Origin: Candidatus Hecatella orcuttiae
GTDB taxonomy: Archaea > Thermoproteota > Bathyarchaeia > Hecatellales > Hecatellaceae
NCBI GenBank assembly: GCA_002011035.2
Contig: MTLY02000003.1
Span: 576,001-640,000 of the forward strand
Length of the DNA stretch: 64,000 nt
Direction of reading: 5' to 3'
In this document: in pieces, positions 34,566-45,769 of the stretch
Numbering within the stretch: position 1 is the stretch's first letter
Layout: each line of letters starts with the position of its first letter
The notes under the pieces: generated by a model
Told to the model about the DNA's origin: nothing
Database searches by the model: none
Seen by the model: the letters and a program-made list of their open reading frames with translations, nothing else
Translations under genes and position numbers: made by a program

Positions 34566-37436
34566 TTAGAATGAGGCTTCAGTGTCCCAAAACATCCTCG
34601 TTCGGAGGTAGGTTCTCTCCGCCTTCAGGATGGCTGCGTAGAATTTCTCCTCCGAGTCATGAGGCTTGCTTAGGATTCTCACCGCGGTAGCGGGGCCTAT
34701 TCCCCGGGCTGAGAGAGCTATCACCGCCTCTTTACCGTAGGTTTGAACTAGGCTGGCGTTTTTCCAAGCGGTATGCCAAAGTTTTTCTTCCTCGCCGCTG
34801 AGCTTTTTCCCCTGCAGTTTCTTCTTCACGGTCTTCAAGGTTTCGCTGTCCTTGGGGTTGAGCACCGCGATGAGGGTTGAGTTGCAGCGGGGGCATCGAA
34901 TGGTGGAAGGTAGGCTGGAGACCCGACGGTGGGCTTCCCAGTCTCCCTTGAAGACGCAGAGCAGTTTAACGGTCTTGGAGCCCAGCCGCTCTTTGAGCAT
35001 TGGTATGATCTCCCCCTTCTCCACCGCCGGCCTCAGGAGGTCATGGGGGGCTATCTTGTCGAGGAGGGGAAGCGCCAAGGGGGAAGGTTCAGGGCGGTGG
35101 AGCGCTGTTTCCACTTCCACTTCTCCACTCCTGATCTTCGCCAAGACTCTCTGAACAGTTTCCAAGTCGATGTCTTCGAGGAAGATTTCCCGAAAGGTCT
35201 CCTTGTAAACTGGGGTCCCCCGCAGTGCTTTCCGAAGGGCTTGCGCCTGTCTTTGGCGGAACTCCGCTTTCTTGGAGATAACTCCGAACCTCTTGGCGTT
35301 GTTCCAAAGCCTCCACTGGAAGAGGGATGTCTGGTCTAGGATGGTCTCCAAGATTTCAGAGGCCTCCTCTGGACGGAGGCTTCTCAACTCCTCCTCCACC
35401 AAAGAAGGGTCCAAAGCATGGGGGGTGATGAAAGCCATCCGGTAAGGGTCTGACTGCACAGCGACGTCGATTCCCAGTTTAGCCGTGAGGAGGCCTGCCA
35501 GAACCCTGCTTAAACCCCGGTTAGCCCTATCACCGAAGCACCCGTGGATGAGAGTGTAATTTTCAAAAGCTTCCACCACCACCCTCCGGTCGTGGGGGAG
35601 GGGGAATTCCTCCTCCACGTGCCTCTGGATAGCCGTAGCCACCTTGACCTTGGAGGCCTCGTCTAGAGGGTACCCGGAAAGCGGCTCAAGGGGATCTCCG
35701 CCGTCAAGAACCTTGGCACCTATCTCTCTTCGCAGCCTTCCCACCTCCAAAGCTACGGTGTAAGGGACAGGGATGACTTCTCCTTCCCAGGCAGGGATGG
35801 CTGCTGGGCTGGCTTCTACAGCTTCCACCTCCACCACCCGCCTCTCCTCGTCGACGTGGAGAACCTGCCACGCGGAGCCGTGGAGAATGAACTGGTTTCC
35901 GGGTTTTCCATGTTTGGCTACGAAGTCTTGGTCTAAGCTTCCTATTTTCCTCCTCGCCGCGTAGTCTACCACCGTAAACCGGGATACCTCGGGGATCATG
36001 GAAAGGTTTTCAAAATAATACTGGTGGGAGGAAGGCGGCTTCACCCTGAGTCTGTCCCCGTGCACGCTCAGCTTCCTCTCCTCCTTCAGCTGGTTTACAG
36101 TTTCCATGAAGGCTTCCGGAGGTAGCTGCCTGTAAGGGTAAGCCTTCCGGACGGTGGAATAGGCTTCTTCTAGGGTTAGGGAGCCCTGATCTAGGGCGAG
36201 ACCCACCAGCTGATGGGCTAGGACGTCTAGGGCCTCCCGGTGGAGCAGAGGCCTCTCCAACTCTTCAGCCAAAGCCTGTTTTAAGATGACGGCGGATTCG
36301 AGGATGTCGTCGGGCCAAGCGGCCAGAACACATCCCTTAGGCCTCCCGGCTACAGCGTGGCCGCTTCGCCCTATTCGTTGAACAAGCTTCACCACTTGCT
36401 TCGGAGACTGGTACTGGACCACCATGTCCACGGTTCCGATGTCTATCCCCAGCTCTAGGGAGGAGGTGCAGACAACCACCTTCAGCGCCCCCTGTTTCAT
36501 CCGACGCTCCGTCTCCACCCTGACTTCCCGAGATAGTGAACCATGGTGGATGCCCAAGGGAAGCTTGGGGGCTAAAGCCTTCAGCTTGGACCCCAAAGAC
36601 TCAGCATGCTCCCGGGTGTTGGTGAAGACCAAAAGGGAGCGATAAGCTTGGGCGAGTTGAAGGATCCTCCTAAGCCTGGCCACCGTGCCCGCGGAGATGA
36701 GCAGCTCAGCGGCAGCCGCCGAGTCCGCCTGGGTTAGGGACGGACTTTCCACCCAAGCCTCCACATCCCTGAAGGCCTCTGCCTTGAGGATTCGAACCTC
36801 TCGCCCCTCTCCTACGAGAAACCGGGCAACCGTTTCAGGCTCCCCGATGGTTGCGGAGAGGCCGATTCTTTGAAAGTCCCGCTGGGTTAGGCTTGAAAGA
36901 CGTTCGAGGGCGAGGGAAAGCTGGACGCCTCGCTTGTCGTCGGCCATTTCGTGGATTTCGTCTACCACAACCCATCTCACCGCGGAGAGATGCCGTCTCA
37001 TCTTCCGCCCGACTAGGATGGCTTGAAGGGTTTCCGGGGTGGTGATCAGCATGTGAGGAGGTTTCTCAGCCTGAAGCTTTCTAGCCGCCTCCGGGGTGTC
37101 TCCATGCCTCAGGCCGATTTTTATCCCCAAGACATCTCCCACTTCTGGGAGTCTTCGGAAAAGGTCCCGGTTGAGGGAGCGGAGTGGAGTCACGTAGAGG
37201 GCGGCGATGCCTCGAAGCTGCGTTTCCTGCCTTAGGCGGTGGAGGCTTTCGAAGATGGGCAGCACGGCCGCCTCGGTTTTACCCATCCCCGTGGGGGCGA
37301 TGAGGAGGACGTTCTCACCTTGGAGGATAGGCTGGAAAGCCAGCTGCTGGATGAGGGTAGGTTTCTCTATTCCCAGCTTTTCCAAGGCCTTGAGGAGAGG
37401 CTGGGAAAGCTGCTGAAAGAAATTCACCCTAGACAT
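34566..37436 (-). CDS. lhr: Lhr-like SF2 helicase (paralogue 1)
   Basis: APTGMGKT, TTPE, DEIH, LSAT, HHGSL, SSLELGIDIG, QRIGRSGH. Confidence 0.92.
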   Translation of the reverse strand: MSRVNFFQQLSQPLLKALEKLGIEKPTLIQQLAFQPILQGENVLLIAPTGMGKTEAAVLPIFESLHRLRQETQLRGIAALYVTPLRSLNRDLFRRLPEVGDVLGIKIGLRHGDTPEAARKLQAEKPPHMLITTPETLQAILVGRKMRRHLSAVRWVVVDEIHEMADDKRGVQLSLALERLSSLTQRDFQRIGLSATIGEPETVARFLVGEGREVRILKAEAFRDVEAWVESPSLTQADSAAAAELLISAGTVARLRRILQLAQAYRSLLVFTNTREHAESLGSKLKALAPKLPLGIHHGSLSREVRVETERRMKQGALKVVVCTSSLELGIDIGTVDMVVQYQSPKQVVKLVQRIGRSGHAVAGRPKGCVLAAWPDDILESAVILKQALAEELERPLLHREALDVLAHQLVGLALDQGSLTLEEAYSTVRKAYPYRQLPPEAFMETVNQLKEERKLSVHGDRLRVKPPSSHQYYFENLSMIPEVSRFTVVDYAARRKIGSLDQDFVAKHGKPGNQFILHGSAWQVLHVDEERRVVEVEAVEASPAAIPAWEGEVIPVPYTVALEVGRLRREIGAKVLDGGDPLEPLSGYPLDEASKVKVATAIQRHVEEEFPLPHDRRVVVEAFENYTLIHGCFGDRANRGLSRVLAGLLTAKLGIDVAVQSDPYRMAFITPHALDPSLVEEELRSLRPEEASEILETILDQTSLFQWRLWNNAKRFGVISKKAEFRQRQAQALRKALRGTPVYKETFREIFLEDIDLETVQRVLAKIRSGEVEVETALHRPEPSPLALPLLDKIAPHDLLRPAVEKGEIIPMLKERLGSKTVKLLCVFKGDWEAHRRVSSLPSTIRCPRCNSTLIAVLNPKDSETLKTVKKKLQGKKLSGEEEKLWHTAWKNASLVQTYGKEAVIALSARGIGPATAVRILSKPHDSEEKFYAAILKAERTYLRTRMFWDTEASF

Positions 37437-37468
37437 CCGCCCCTAGGATGGCATGGAGCCAACGAGGT

Positions 37469-37855
37469 TTAACCAGCGGTTGCTTTCAACTCTAAGAACA
37501 CTTCACCCTTCCATCTGCGAAGGCTTCTCAGGAAGTCGAATATGTGGTATTTCCTCCGGTAGGCGCTTTGAACCATCCGAATGGTCGCTTCGTCTTCAAC
37601 CAATTCGGCTTGGGCTGAGAATTTTAAGCTGTCTACCTCCGCTTGGACTTGAGGGTGGACTCTCACGTTTTTGTACCATTGAGTTTCTCGGGTGGTACGG
37701 AGGAAAAGCCGGCTGTCTAGGCAGATAAACCATACTCTTACAGGTCTGGGCAGGCCTGTTTTTCTCCCTTTCGTTATCAAGCGGAGGGTGAATTTGGATC
37801 CAGCCCGCTTCAGTCTTTTCCAGATGTCTGAACTTGAAGGCTCCAATCTTAACAT
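37469..37855 (-). CDS. Deazaflavin/flavin-dependent split-barrel oxidoreductase (Ddn-like)
   Basis: LITKGRKTGLPR, WYKNV..HP, YRRKY. Confidence 0.75.
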   Translation of the reverse strand: MLRLEPSSSDIWKRLKRAGSKFTLRLITKGRKTGLPRPVRVWFICLDSRLFLRTTRETQWYKNVRVHPQVQAEVDSLKFSAQAELVEDEATIRMVQSAYRRKYHIFDFLRSLRRWKGEVFLELKATAG

Positions 37856-37905
37856 CCTACAGCCTCCCAGCCATATATAGGTAGCTGGGCTGCCTCTAAT
37901 CTGGT

Positions 37906-38172
37906 TTAAGGATTCTCCCTCAAAAAACGTCGAAGATATTGGGAGTAAATTTTCAGGTCAGTTTGCTTCAACGTGTCTCTCTGACCTTTACACTCCCTTT
38001 CCAACGCCTCTATCAACTGGGTGAAAGTTTTTACCTTGGAAAGGAGGTCGTTCAAAAGCCCTCGAAGCCATTCCAAATTTTGAAGGTAGGGAGTTACCTC
38101 GCACAGGGCTTCTAAGGCCCTTTGGCTTAGGGAGGTTTTTTGGCCTGACATCATCGCCTTCATCCACTTCAT
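37906..38172 (-). CDS. Hypothetical small helical protein
   Basis: Non-overlapping ORF with coding-like composition; no motif recognised. Confidence 0.55.
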   Translation of the reverse strand: MKWMKAMMSGQKTSLSQRALEALCEVTPYLQNLEWLRGLLNDLLSKVKTFTQLIEALERECKGQRDTLKQTDLKIYSQYLRRFLRENP

Positions 38173-38433
38173 CGAGCTACTTCGTAACTTCCGAAAAGTC
38201 TTAAGAAGATTAAAGCCAGAGCTATGAGGGAGAGAATGAAGACTACAGTTTTAACGATATCGTAGGTTTGGAAGGCTGACAAGCCCTCTTCTCCTCCAAA
38301 AAAGGGTGAAGCTTTTCGTTAAAAATTTTCTGATCCCCAGAAAACCAAGAGTAAACGGCAAATAGGCTTCTTCAGATGTAAAATTACCTTAACCTTTATC
38401 CGTTTCCACCCTATTTATGGATCGTAGAAAACC

Positions 38434-40332
38434 ATGAATTGGCTCGGCATTCTTTGCGTGGTTCTGCTGGTAGGCGGGTTAGCTTCCACCGCCCCCTCTC
38501 CCTCAGCCTCCGATCTGAAATACTATGCCACCGGCACCATATCCCTGGATAAAGAAGTTTACAGTCCCGAGGACGGAGCAATCTTAACCGTCACAGTCGT
38601 GGACGCTGACAGAAACCTTGACTCAGGCGCCGTCGACGGCTTCACAGGCACCGAAGCCCCAGGGGTTATCATCCAAGTTACTAGGGACGACGTCCCCCTC
38701 GCCGCCTACGACCCGCCTGTAGCCATTACCATGGCTGAAACCGGGAAAAACACCAACACTTTCCAAGGGAGACATACTCTCTCCTCGGAGGTGGAGGATG
38801 GAGACGTCATCGTTGTGATGTACTTGGACTCGGAGGATGTTTCCGGAGACCCTCGAACCATAACCGCCTACGCCTCGGTGAGAGCCCACACCGGGGAGCT
38901 GGTTTTGGATAAAGCCGAATACCGGATGGGTGAAAGTGTGAAGGTAACGGTCACAGACATCGACTTGGACCTAGACCCGCAGGTCAAAGACACCATCGCT
39001 GCGGGGACCGTGGGAGCTGAAGGCGTGGTGGATGTTCGGACATCTACAGACCGCACCGGCATGACCATCAGCCTCACCGAGACCGCTGTGGACTCCGGGG
39101 TTTTTGAAGGAAGCTTCACGCTGGGAACGTTCACCGCCGGTTCCACCATCAAAGCGTCCAAGCATGACACCATAACCGTGAGGTATAACGACGCCCATGA
39201 TGCTTCAGGCAGGTCGGTGGACATCATCGTTAACGCCCAAGTCTTCGCCTCCACAGGCGCCATTCAGCTTGACAAAGACCGCTATTCCGTCAACGCCCAA
39301 GTCACGGTTACGATAACCGACCCCGATGAGAACGAGAATGTCGATGCTGTGGACTGGATACCCAACACCGCCCTAAACATCAGGACCACCAGCATAAGCT
39401 GGCCTCTCAACCCAACCAACGACATCGACGAAACCGGGGTGGACACAGGCGTTTTCGAATACGTCTTCACCCTTAACCAACCTGTGGGAGGCGCCATCCT
39501 GACGGCAAGGGACGGAGACAGCTTGGTTGTCACCTACATCGACCCGGTTGATGCTGAAGGTCGGCAGGATGTGGCCGTTACGGCGGTAGCGGAGATAGGC
39601 CACACCACCGGGACAGTGACCTTTGACAAGTCCTCCTACGAGTTCACCGACGTGGCGAAGATCACGGTGGAAGACCCTGACATGAACACAAACGCCGGGC
39701 TCAGGGAATCCTTCGAAATCGCCGTGTTCTCTGACACAGATCTGGCTGGAATAGCTTTAACCGTCACAGAAACCGGGGTTAACACAGGCGTTTTCGAGGG
39801 GGCTTTCACTTTCACCACGAGAGCGTCTGAAAGCGGCCGGCTGAGTGTTACAGAAGGCGACATCATCACCGCCAAGTATGTGGATGAGACCCCCAAACCT
39901 GAGGATGTGGCGGGATATCAACCTGAAACCTATCCTATTCCACCCATTGTCATAAAGGCCACGGCAAGTCTGGGCGAACCAAGGCCAGCTCTCCCCATCC
40001 TGACTTCCTCTCCTGAGCTGCAAGACGCCCAAGGCAACCCCCTTGTAAAGGGGGCGGTGGGGGTTCAAGTTCTCTTGGTGACGGAGATTTCCAACCTAGC
40101 CTCCACCACCCAGTCGATGCTTTACATCGTTCAAATTAAGGATTCGGTTGGCGCTGTGGTGTACCTAAGCTTCATCAGCGGCAATGTGCCGGGGAAAGGA
40201 AGCTTAACCCTTGGAATTGCTTGGACTCCGGAGGAGGCGGGAAGCTACACCGTGGAAGTCTTCGCTTGGAAAAGTTGGAGCGACCCTACTCCCTTGGCGG
40301 AAACCAAAAGCGTTGAAATCACCGTGGAATAG
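38434..40332 (+). CDS. Secreted S-layer-like protein with four tandem Ig-like repeats
   Basis: Signal peptide; four LDK..Y / D.D.N.D / ETG..TG.F.G repeats; C-terminal WTPEEAGSYTVEVFAW..DPTPL resembles Nitrososphaeria S-layer C-termini. Confidence 0.75.
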   Translation: MNWLGILCVVLLVGGLASTAPSPSASDLKYYATGTISLDKEVYSPEDGAILTVTVVDADRNLDSGAVDGFTGTEAPGVIIQVTRDDVPLAAYDPPVAITMAETGKNTNTFQGRHTLSSEVEDGDVIVVMYLDSEDVSGDPRTITAYASVRAHTGELVLDKAEYRMGESVKVTVTDIDLDLDPQVKDTIAAGTVGAEGVVDVRTSTDRTGMTISLTETAVDSGVFEGSFTLGTFTAGSTIKASKHDTITVRYNDAHDASGRSVDIIVNAQVFASTGAIQLDKDRYSVNAQVTVTITDPDENENVDAVDWIPNTALNIRTTSISWPLNPTNDIDETGVDTGVFEYVFTLNQPVGGAILTARDGDSLVVTYIDPVDAEGRQDVAVTAVAEIGHTTGTVTFDKSSYEFTDVAKITVEDPDMNTNAGLRESFEIAVFSDTDLAGIALTVTETGVNTGVFEGAFTFTTRASESGRLSVTEGDIITAKYVDETPKPEDVAGYQPETYPIPPIVIKATASLGEPRPALPILTSSPELQDAQGNPLVKGAVGVQVLLVTEISNLASTTQSMLYIVQIKDSVGAVVYLSFISGNVPGKGSLTLGIAWTPEEAGSYTVEVFAWKSWSDPTPLAETKSVEITVE

Positions 40333-40434
40333 CCCCCTCGGAGGCTAAATTCCTCCGTGTAATTTTTATATAATAAAAAACTTCTTTAATTGACTTTATT
40401 AGGCGATGAGAGTTCCTTTTATGGGGTTGAAAGT

Positions 40435-42006
40435 ATGAGCCGCGGATATAAGATAGTTTTGACCTCGGGGAGAACTCTCATGAGCGAATACCATGGAAAC
40501 ATCTTCCTAGGCTTCGGAGCGTGTATGTCAAAGGGACTAATCCCCGACGAAGTCTACTTCACCTACCTTTGCCCGCCTGTGGAGTCCAATGAAGACGGCT
40601 CAGCCAAATACGCCCAGCTGGGAACCCGGAAAATAGAGGCAGCTCTCTACGATTACGGTTTTAAACCCGAGGAAGTCATCGTGGCTCATCCTGACCACTT
40701 GGAGAAAGCCATAGGGCCTGAAACCAGGGTAGTAGGCCTCACGGAGCATGACCCCCTAGGCTACGGGCCTCCCACCTCCACCTTCACCCAAATCCTAGGC
40801 GGAGAAGCCTACAACGTCCACAAGTTTAAGGAGATAGTCAATCACCCTCTCATCCAACAGCACCGGCCCAAGATAATCCTAGGCGGAGGAGGCGCATGGC
40901 AGCTTCTAGACGAAAAACTCCGCAAAGCCTATGGAATCGACTGCGTCGTGGTAGGAGAAGGAGAAAAAGTAGCAGGACCCCTTTTCGAAATGGCTGTCAA
41001 AGGCGAAGCTCTTCCCCCCGTCGTCCGAGGGGATGTGGCTTCGGTTGAGGAAATTCCCCTCATCAGCGGCCCCACCATCTGCGGCGTGGTGGAGGTTGCT
41101 CGAGGCTGTGGAAGAGGCTGCGACTTCTGCGTCCCCGACATGCTCAGATACCGGATTTTCCCCTTGGAGTACATTCTCAAAGAGGTGGAGGTCAACGTCA
41201 AGGCGGGAAGAAAGCCCATCCTCCACGCTGAGGATGTCCTCCGCTACGGAGCTAAACACCTAGAGGTTAACGAGGAAGCTGTCATTCAGCTTTTCAGCCG
41301 GGTGAGACAGCATCCGGGAGTCGGCGGCGTGGGCATCAGCCACTTCTGCCTCTCCTCAGCGGCCAGTGCTCCGGGGGTCATCGAGAAGGTGGCTGAAATC
41401 CTTCGGCTGGGGGAGGCGGACGGTCAGCTTTGGCTCAGCGGGCAGACTGGAATTGAAACAGGAAGCCCTGAGCTGGCTAAGAAGCATATGCGAGGTAAGG
41501 CTAAGCCCTTCAAGGCGGAGGAGTGGCCGGAGGTGGTGGTCAAAGCCTTCGAAGTGCTCTCCGATAACAACTGGGTTCCCTGCGCAACCCTGCTCATCGG
41601 GCTGCCGGGCTCCACGGAGAAGGACTCGGAGCTTACCCTGAAGCTGGTGGAGAGGCTGAGGGACTACAAAAGCATCATCGTCCCTATGTTCACTGTGTAC
41701 AACGACACCACCCGCGGGTACTTCACCTACGACCAGATGACCAGAGTCGACGGGGAGCTTTTCCTAGCCTGCTGGGAGCACGACGCCCGTTGGGCGAACA
41801 TGCTGACGGAGGAATACCTCCGCACCATCGACCCGGATCTGGCGGGGGGTGTTAAATCCGTGGTCTCCTACACGGTTTCAGCCATAAACAACCTCATTCG
41901 TAGATGCCGAGATGAGTATGACTGCAACATCGTCAAGATGGTTCAGGACTTGAAACCTAAGGGCGGGGAGGAACCCCCGCTTCCTCAAATAGATTTATGG
42001 ATTTAG
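40435..42006 (+). CDS. Radical SAM protein with N-terminal B12-binding-like domain
   Basis: RGCGRGCDFC, LGGGGAWQ, GEGE, GIETGS; probable ATG at 40435. Confidence 0.88.
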   Translation: MSRGYKIVLTSGRTLMSEYHGNIFLGFGACMSKGLIPDEVYFTYLCPPVESNEDGSAKYAQLGTRKIEAALYDYGFKPEEVIVAHPDHLEKAIGPETRVVGLTEHDPLGYGPPTSTFTQILGGEAYNVHKFKEIVNHPLIQQHRPKIILGGGGAWQLLDEKLRKAYGIDCVVVGEGEKVAGPLFEMAVKGEALPPVVRGDVASVEEIPLISGPTICGVVEVARGCGRGCDFCVPDMLRYRIFPLEYILKEVEVNVKAGRKPILHAEDVLRYGAKHLEVNEEAVIQLFSRVRQHPGVGGVGISHFCLSSAASAPGVIEKVAEILRLGEADGQLWLSGQTGIETGSPELAKKHMRGKAKPFKAEEWPEVVVKAFEVLSDNNWVPCATLLIGLPGSTEKDSELTLKLVERLRDYKSIIVPMFTVYNDTTRGYFTYDQMTRVDGELFLACWEHDARWANMLTEEYLRTIDPDLAGGVKSVVSYTVSAINNLIRRCRDEYDCNIVKMVQDLKPKGGEEPPLPQIDLWI

Positions 42007-42086
42007 AGAAAACCGTCGCATCTAACCGTTCCCACAAACTTCGCTGGAACAGTAGCATCCATGAGGTTTTCCTGTCTGAAGGGCTT

Positions 42087-42410
42087 TTAGGTTTCCATTT
42101 GGACTATGGGTATTTGAAGTTTTTTCAACGGCCCTGAATAAGTCTTCACAGTAGACAGTCTTGCCTCCATCTCCATTTCTCGTTTTCCTTCTTCTTCGAT
42201 TTTCCTAACTTTCTCTAGGACCTCTTCTTCTCCCGCCTCCATTCTTTTGAGAAATTCTGGGAACTCTTCTATCAGCATCTTAACCAGCTTATGAGCGGGT
42301 CCGATGTGGTCTCTGCACAGGTCCCAGCGATACCCTTCAAAAGAGAAAGAGATAGCTTGACCTAAGGGAAGCACCTTCTTGCATACGTCGCACCTTATTT
42401 CCTCCATCAT
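42087..42410 (-). CDS. Small hypothetical protein with C3H zinc-finger-like N-terminus
   Basis: CDVC...WDLCRDH; ATG 42410 follows AGGTGG. Confidence 0.6.
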   Translation of the reverse strand: MMEEIRCDVCKKVLPLGQAISFSFEGYRWDLCRDHIGPAHKLVKMLIEEFPEFLKRMEAGEEEVLEKVRKIEEEGKREMEMEARLSTVKTYSGPLKKLQIPIVQMET

Positions 42411-42443
42411 TTCCACCTTATTTCCTCCATCATTTCCACCTTA
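42391..42443. repeat. 23-bp tandem repeat, 2.3 copies (CACCTTATTTCCTCCATCATTTC)
   Basis: Perfect copies at 42391-42413 and 42414-42436, plus a partial copy at 42437-42443. Confidence 0.95.
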
Positions 42444-42575
42444 ATTTTAACCAGTTATTTGGTTGGCCTAAAGATTTAGGATGTCTATAATTCCGAAGCG
42501 AGGCTATAAAAATTTTTATATCCTAGCCGCCTACAAGAAAATGCTTCCTCATAATTCATCCGAGAGGCGTAAAGC

Positions 42576-44360
42576 TTGAACGGTGTGGGAAAAATCATCC
42601 GAATCTCAGGACCTGTAGTCATCGCCAAGGACATGCACGGCGCTCAGATGTATGAGCTGGTAAAGGTGGGGGAGGAGAAACTTTTCGGCGAGACCATCGG
42701 CATCGAAAGCGACAAGGCTACCATCCAAGTCTACGAGGAGACCAGCGGCATGAGACCCGGGGAAACGGTGGAAAGAACAGGTAAGCCCCTGTCGGTGGAG
42801 CTGGGACCCGGGATTGTGGGCCAGATCTACGACGGGATTCAGCGTCCCCTAACAAGCATCCAAGAGCTTGTAGGGCCCTTCTTCCAGAGAGGAGTCACCA
42901 TACCCGCCATCGACAGGAAGAAAAAATGGGAATTCACCCCCGCAGATGTCAAGGTTGGAGACAGAGTGGCGGAGGGCGACGTCCTCGGAACAGTGCCTGA
43001 AACCCCCCTAGTAACCCATAAGGTCATGGTTCCTCCGGGCCTCCGTGGCCGGGTGAAAAGCCTTGCCAAGGAAGGCGCCTACACGGTGGAGGAGGACATC
43101 GCAACCTTGGAGACGGAGGAAGGCCTCGTGGGCCTTCAGATGGCCCAGTTTTGGCCTGTCCGGAGGGCTCGGCCCTATAAGACTAAGCTTCCTTCGACGA
43201 CGCCTTTGCTCACAGGGCAGAGGATCATAGATACCTTTTTCCCCATGGCCAAGGGTGGTCAGGGGTCGATTCCCGGAGGCTTCGGCACGGGGAAGACGGT
43301 GATGCTCCACCAGCTGGCCCAGTGGGCTGACTCTAACATCATCGTCTACGTGGGCTGCGGGGAGAGGGGAAACGAGATGGCTGAGGTGTTGGAGAGATTT
43401 CCCAAGCTGGAAGACCCCCGCACAGGAAAGCCTCTCATGACGAGGACGATTCTCATCGCCAACACCTCCAACATGCCCATAGCCGCCCGAGAAGCCAGCA
43501 TCTACACGGGGATCACCATCGGAGAATATTTCAGGGACATGGGCTACGATGTAGCCCTCATGGCTGACTCCACCTCCCGGTGGGCAGAGGCTTTAAGGGA
43601 AATCTCAGGGCGCTTGGAGGAAATGCCGGGTGAAGAAGGCTATCCCGCCTATTTGGCCTCAAGGCTTTCAGAATTTTATGAAAGAGCTGGAAGAGTCCAA
43701 GTGTTAGGCTCCACTCCTAGGATCGGCTCCATCAGCGTGGTGGGTGCGGTTTCGCCCCCCGGCGCCGACTTCTCCGAGCCTGTGACTCAGAACACCCTGA
43801 GGATCATCAAAGTCTTCTGGGGTTTGGACAAAGCTTTGGCGGAGCGGAGGCACTTTCCAGCCATCAACTGGCTTACCAGCTACTCCCTCTACTACGACAG
43901 CCTAGAAGAATGGTATTCCAAAAAATTAGGCCTCGACTGGTCTTCTCTGAGGGGAGAAGCTCTCAGCCTCCTCCAGCAAGAAGAGGAGCTTCAGGAAATC
44001 GTCCGCTTGGTGGGCCCTGACGCTCTGTCGGAAAGTCAGCGTGTGATCTTGGAGGGAGCTAAGATGATCAGGGAGGACTTTCTCATGCAGAGTGCCTACC
44101 ACCCCATTGACAGTTACTGCTCCATTGAAAAATGCTACTACATGTTGAAGGTGATCCTTAAGTTTTATGAGAGGATGAAAGCCGCCGCGGAGCGGGGCGT
44201 TCTCATCAAGGAGATACTGGCTCTCCCCGTGGTGGAAGAGATAGCTCGGCTGAAACTGGTTCCAGTGGATCAGGCGGAGAAGGTCTGCAAGGAGACGGAG
44301 GCCAAAATGGTGGAGCAGTTTGAAAATCTCTACGCTTCAGGTGGGAGGGGGACAGCCTGA
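42576..44360 (+). CDS. atpA: A/V-type ATP synthase subunit A
   Basis: [36 protein letters not shown]; no intein. Confidence 0.97.
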   Translation: MNGVGKIIRISGPVVIAKDMHGAQMYELVKVGEEKLFGETIGIESDKATIQVYEETSGMRPGETVERTGKPLSVELGPGIVGQIYDGIQRPLTSIQELVGPFFQRGVTIPAIDRKKKWEFTPADVKVGDRVAEGDVLGTVPETPLVTHKVMVPPGLRGRVKSLAKEGAYTVEEDIATLETEEGLVGLQMAQFWPVRRARPYKTKLPSTTPLLTGQRIIDTFFPMAKGGQGSIPGGFGTGKTVMLHQLAQWADSNIIVYVGCGERGNEMAEVLERFPKLEDPRTGKPLMTRTILIANTSNMPIAAREASIYTGITIGEYFRDMGYDVALMADSTSRWAEALREISGRLEEMPGEEGYPAYLASRLSEFYERAGRVQVLGSTPRIGSISVVGAVSPPGADFSEPVTQNTLRIIKVFWGLDKALAERRHFPAINWLTSYSLYYDSLEEWYSKKLGLDWSSLRGEALSLLQQEEELQEIVRLVGPDALSESQRVILEGAKMIREDFLMQSAYHPIDSYCSIEKCYYMLKVILKFYERMKAAAERGVLIKEILALPVVEEIARLKLVPVDQAEKVCKETEAKMVEQFENLYASGGRGTA

Positions 44361-45769
44361 TGAGCAAAGCTCTTCTCACCGGAAAAGAATACGCAACCTT
44401 GACGGAGATCAGCGGCCCTCTCCTCTTCATCGAAAGAACCAGCGGCATAGCCTTCGGTGAAGTGGTCAAAGTCAGAACCCCGGACGGAGAGGAGCGGTCC
44501 GGGCAAGTTTTGGAAGTAGGAGAAGACATGGCAGTGGTTCAGGTTTTCGAAGGAACCTCCGGGTTGGATGTCTCCAAAACCACGGTTAGGTTTACAGGGG
44601 AAACTCTCCGCTTCCCCGTCTCCGTTGACATCTTAGGCCGGATTTTCGACGGAAGCGGGAAGCCTGTGGATGGGGGTCCGGAAATAATCCCCGAAGACGA
44701 GCTGGACATTCACGGAGCTGCCATAAACCCCTACTCTAGGGCGTTTCCTTCCGAGTTTATTCAGACAGGGGTCTCCTCCATCGACGGCATGAACACTCTT
44801 GTCCGAGGGCAGAAGCTGCCTCTGTTCTCAGGGTCAGGGCTTCCCCACAACTTGGTCGCCGCTCAGATAGCCCGGCAGGCTAAGGTTTTGGGGAAAGAGG
44901 AAGAGTTCGCCGTGGTTTTCGCCGCCATGGGCATCACCTCCGACGAGGCTAGGTTTTTCAAGGAGGACTTTGAAAAGCGGGGAGCCATCGACAAGGTGGT
45001 CATGTTCTTCAACCTAGCCGACGACCCGGCTATCGAGCGGCTGATCACGCCTAGGCTGGCTCTGACAGCCTCCGAGTATCTGGCCTTCCAGAACGACATG
45101 CACATCTTGGTCATCCTCACCGACATGACCAACTACGCGGAGGCTTTGAGGGAGATCTCCGCAGCCCGGGAGGAAGTGCCGGGGAGAAGAGGCTACCCTG
45201 GCTACATGTACACGGACTTGGCTACTATCTACGAAAGGGCGGGAAGGATCCACGGCAAGAAAGGGACCATAACCCAAATGCCCATTCTCACCATGCCCCA
45301 CGACGACATAACCCACCCCGTGCCGGACCTGACAGGCTACATCACCGAGGGCCAAATATACTTGGAAAGAGCCCTCTACATGAAGGGCATCTACCCGCCC
45401 ATCAACGTTCTCCCCTCGCTGTCCCGGCTGATGAACGAGGGCATAGGGCGGGGAAAAACCCGGGAAGACCACCGGCAGGTGGCCGATCAGCTTTACTACG
45501 CCTACGCGGAAGGCCGTAGCCTCAGGGAGTTGGTGGCGGTGATAGGGGAGGAGGCGCTGACGGAAAGGGACCGACGCTACCTCCAGTTCGCCGACCGCTA
45601 CGAGCGGGAGTTCGTCAACCAAGGTGTCTACGAGAATAGGGATATCGAGAAGACCTTGGACATAGGCTGGGATCTGCTGGCCGCCTTGCCTGAGGGAGAG
45701 CTCAAACGTATCGACCCTCAGAACATCAAGAAATACCATCCCAAGTATCGCGGAAAAGTTGAAGCTTAG
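44360..45769 (+). CDS. atpB: A/V-type ATP synthase subunit B
   Basis: [39 protein letters not shown]; TGATG overlap with atpA. Confidence 0.97.
   Translation: MSKALLTGKEYATLTEISGPLLFIERTSGIAFGEVVKVRTPDGEERSGQVLEVGEDMAVVQVFEGTSGLDVSKTTVRFTGETLRFPVSVDILGRIFDGSGKPVDGGPEIIPEDELDIHGAAINPYSRAFPSEFIQTGVSSIDGMNTLVRGQKLPLFSGSGLPHNLVAAQIARQAKVLGKEEEFAVVFAAMGITSDEARFFKEDFEKRGAIDKVVMFFNLADDPAIERLITPRLALTASEYLAFQNDMHILVILTDMTNYAEALREISAAREEVPGRRGYPGYMYTDLATIYERAGRIHGKKGTITQMPILTMPHDDITHPVPDLTGYITEGQIYLERALYMKGIYPPINVLPSLSRLMNEGIGRGKTREDHRQVADQLYYAYAEGRSLRELVAVIGEEALTERDRRYLQFADRYEREFVNQGVYENRDIEKTLDIGWDLLAALPEGELKRIDPQNIKKYHPKYRGKVEA

Noticed and set aside
36788-36800. GGATTCGAACC, a tRNA T-arm-like sequence on the minus strand
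   Set aside because: It lies inside the lhr coding region with no cloverleaf around it.
42391-42443. Mini CRISPR array
   Set aside because: The repeats are directly adjacent with no spacers, and there are no cas genes.
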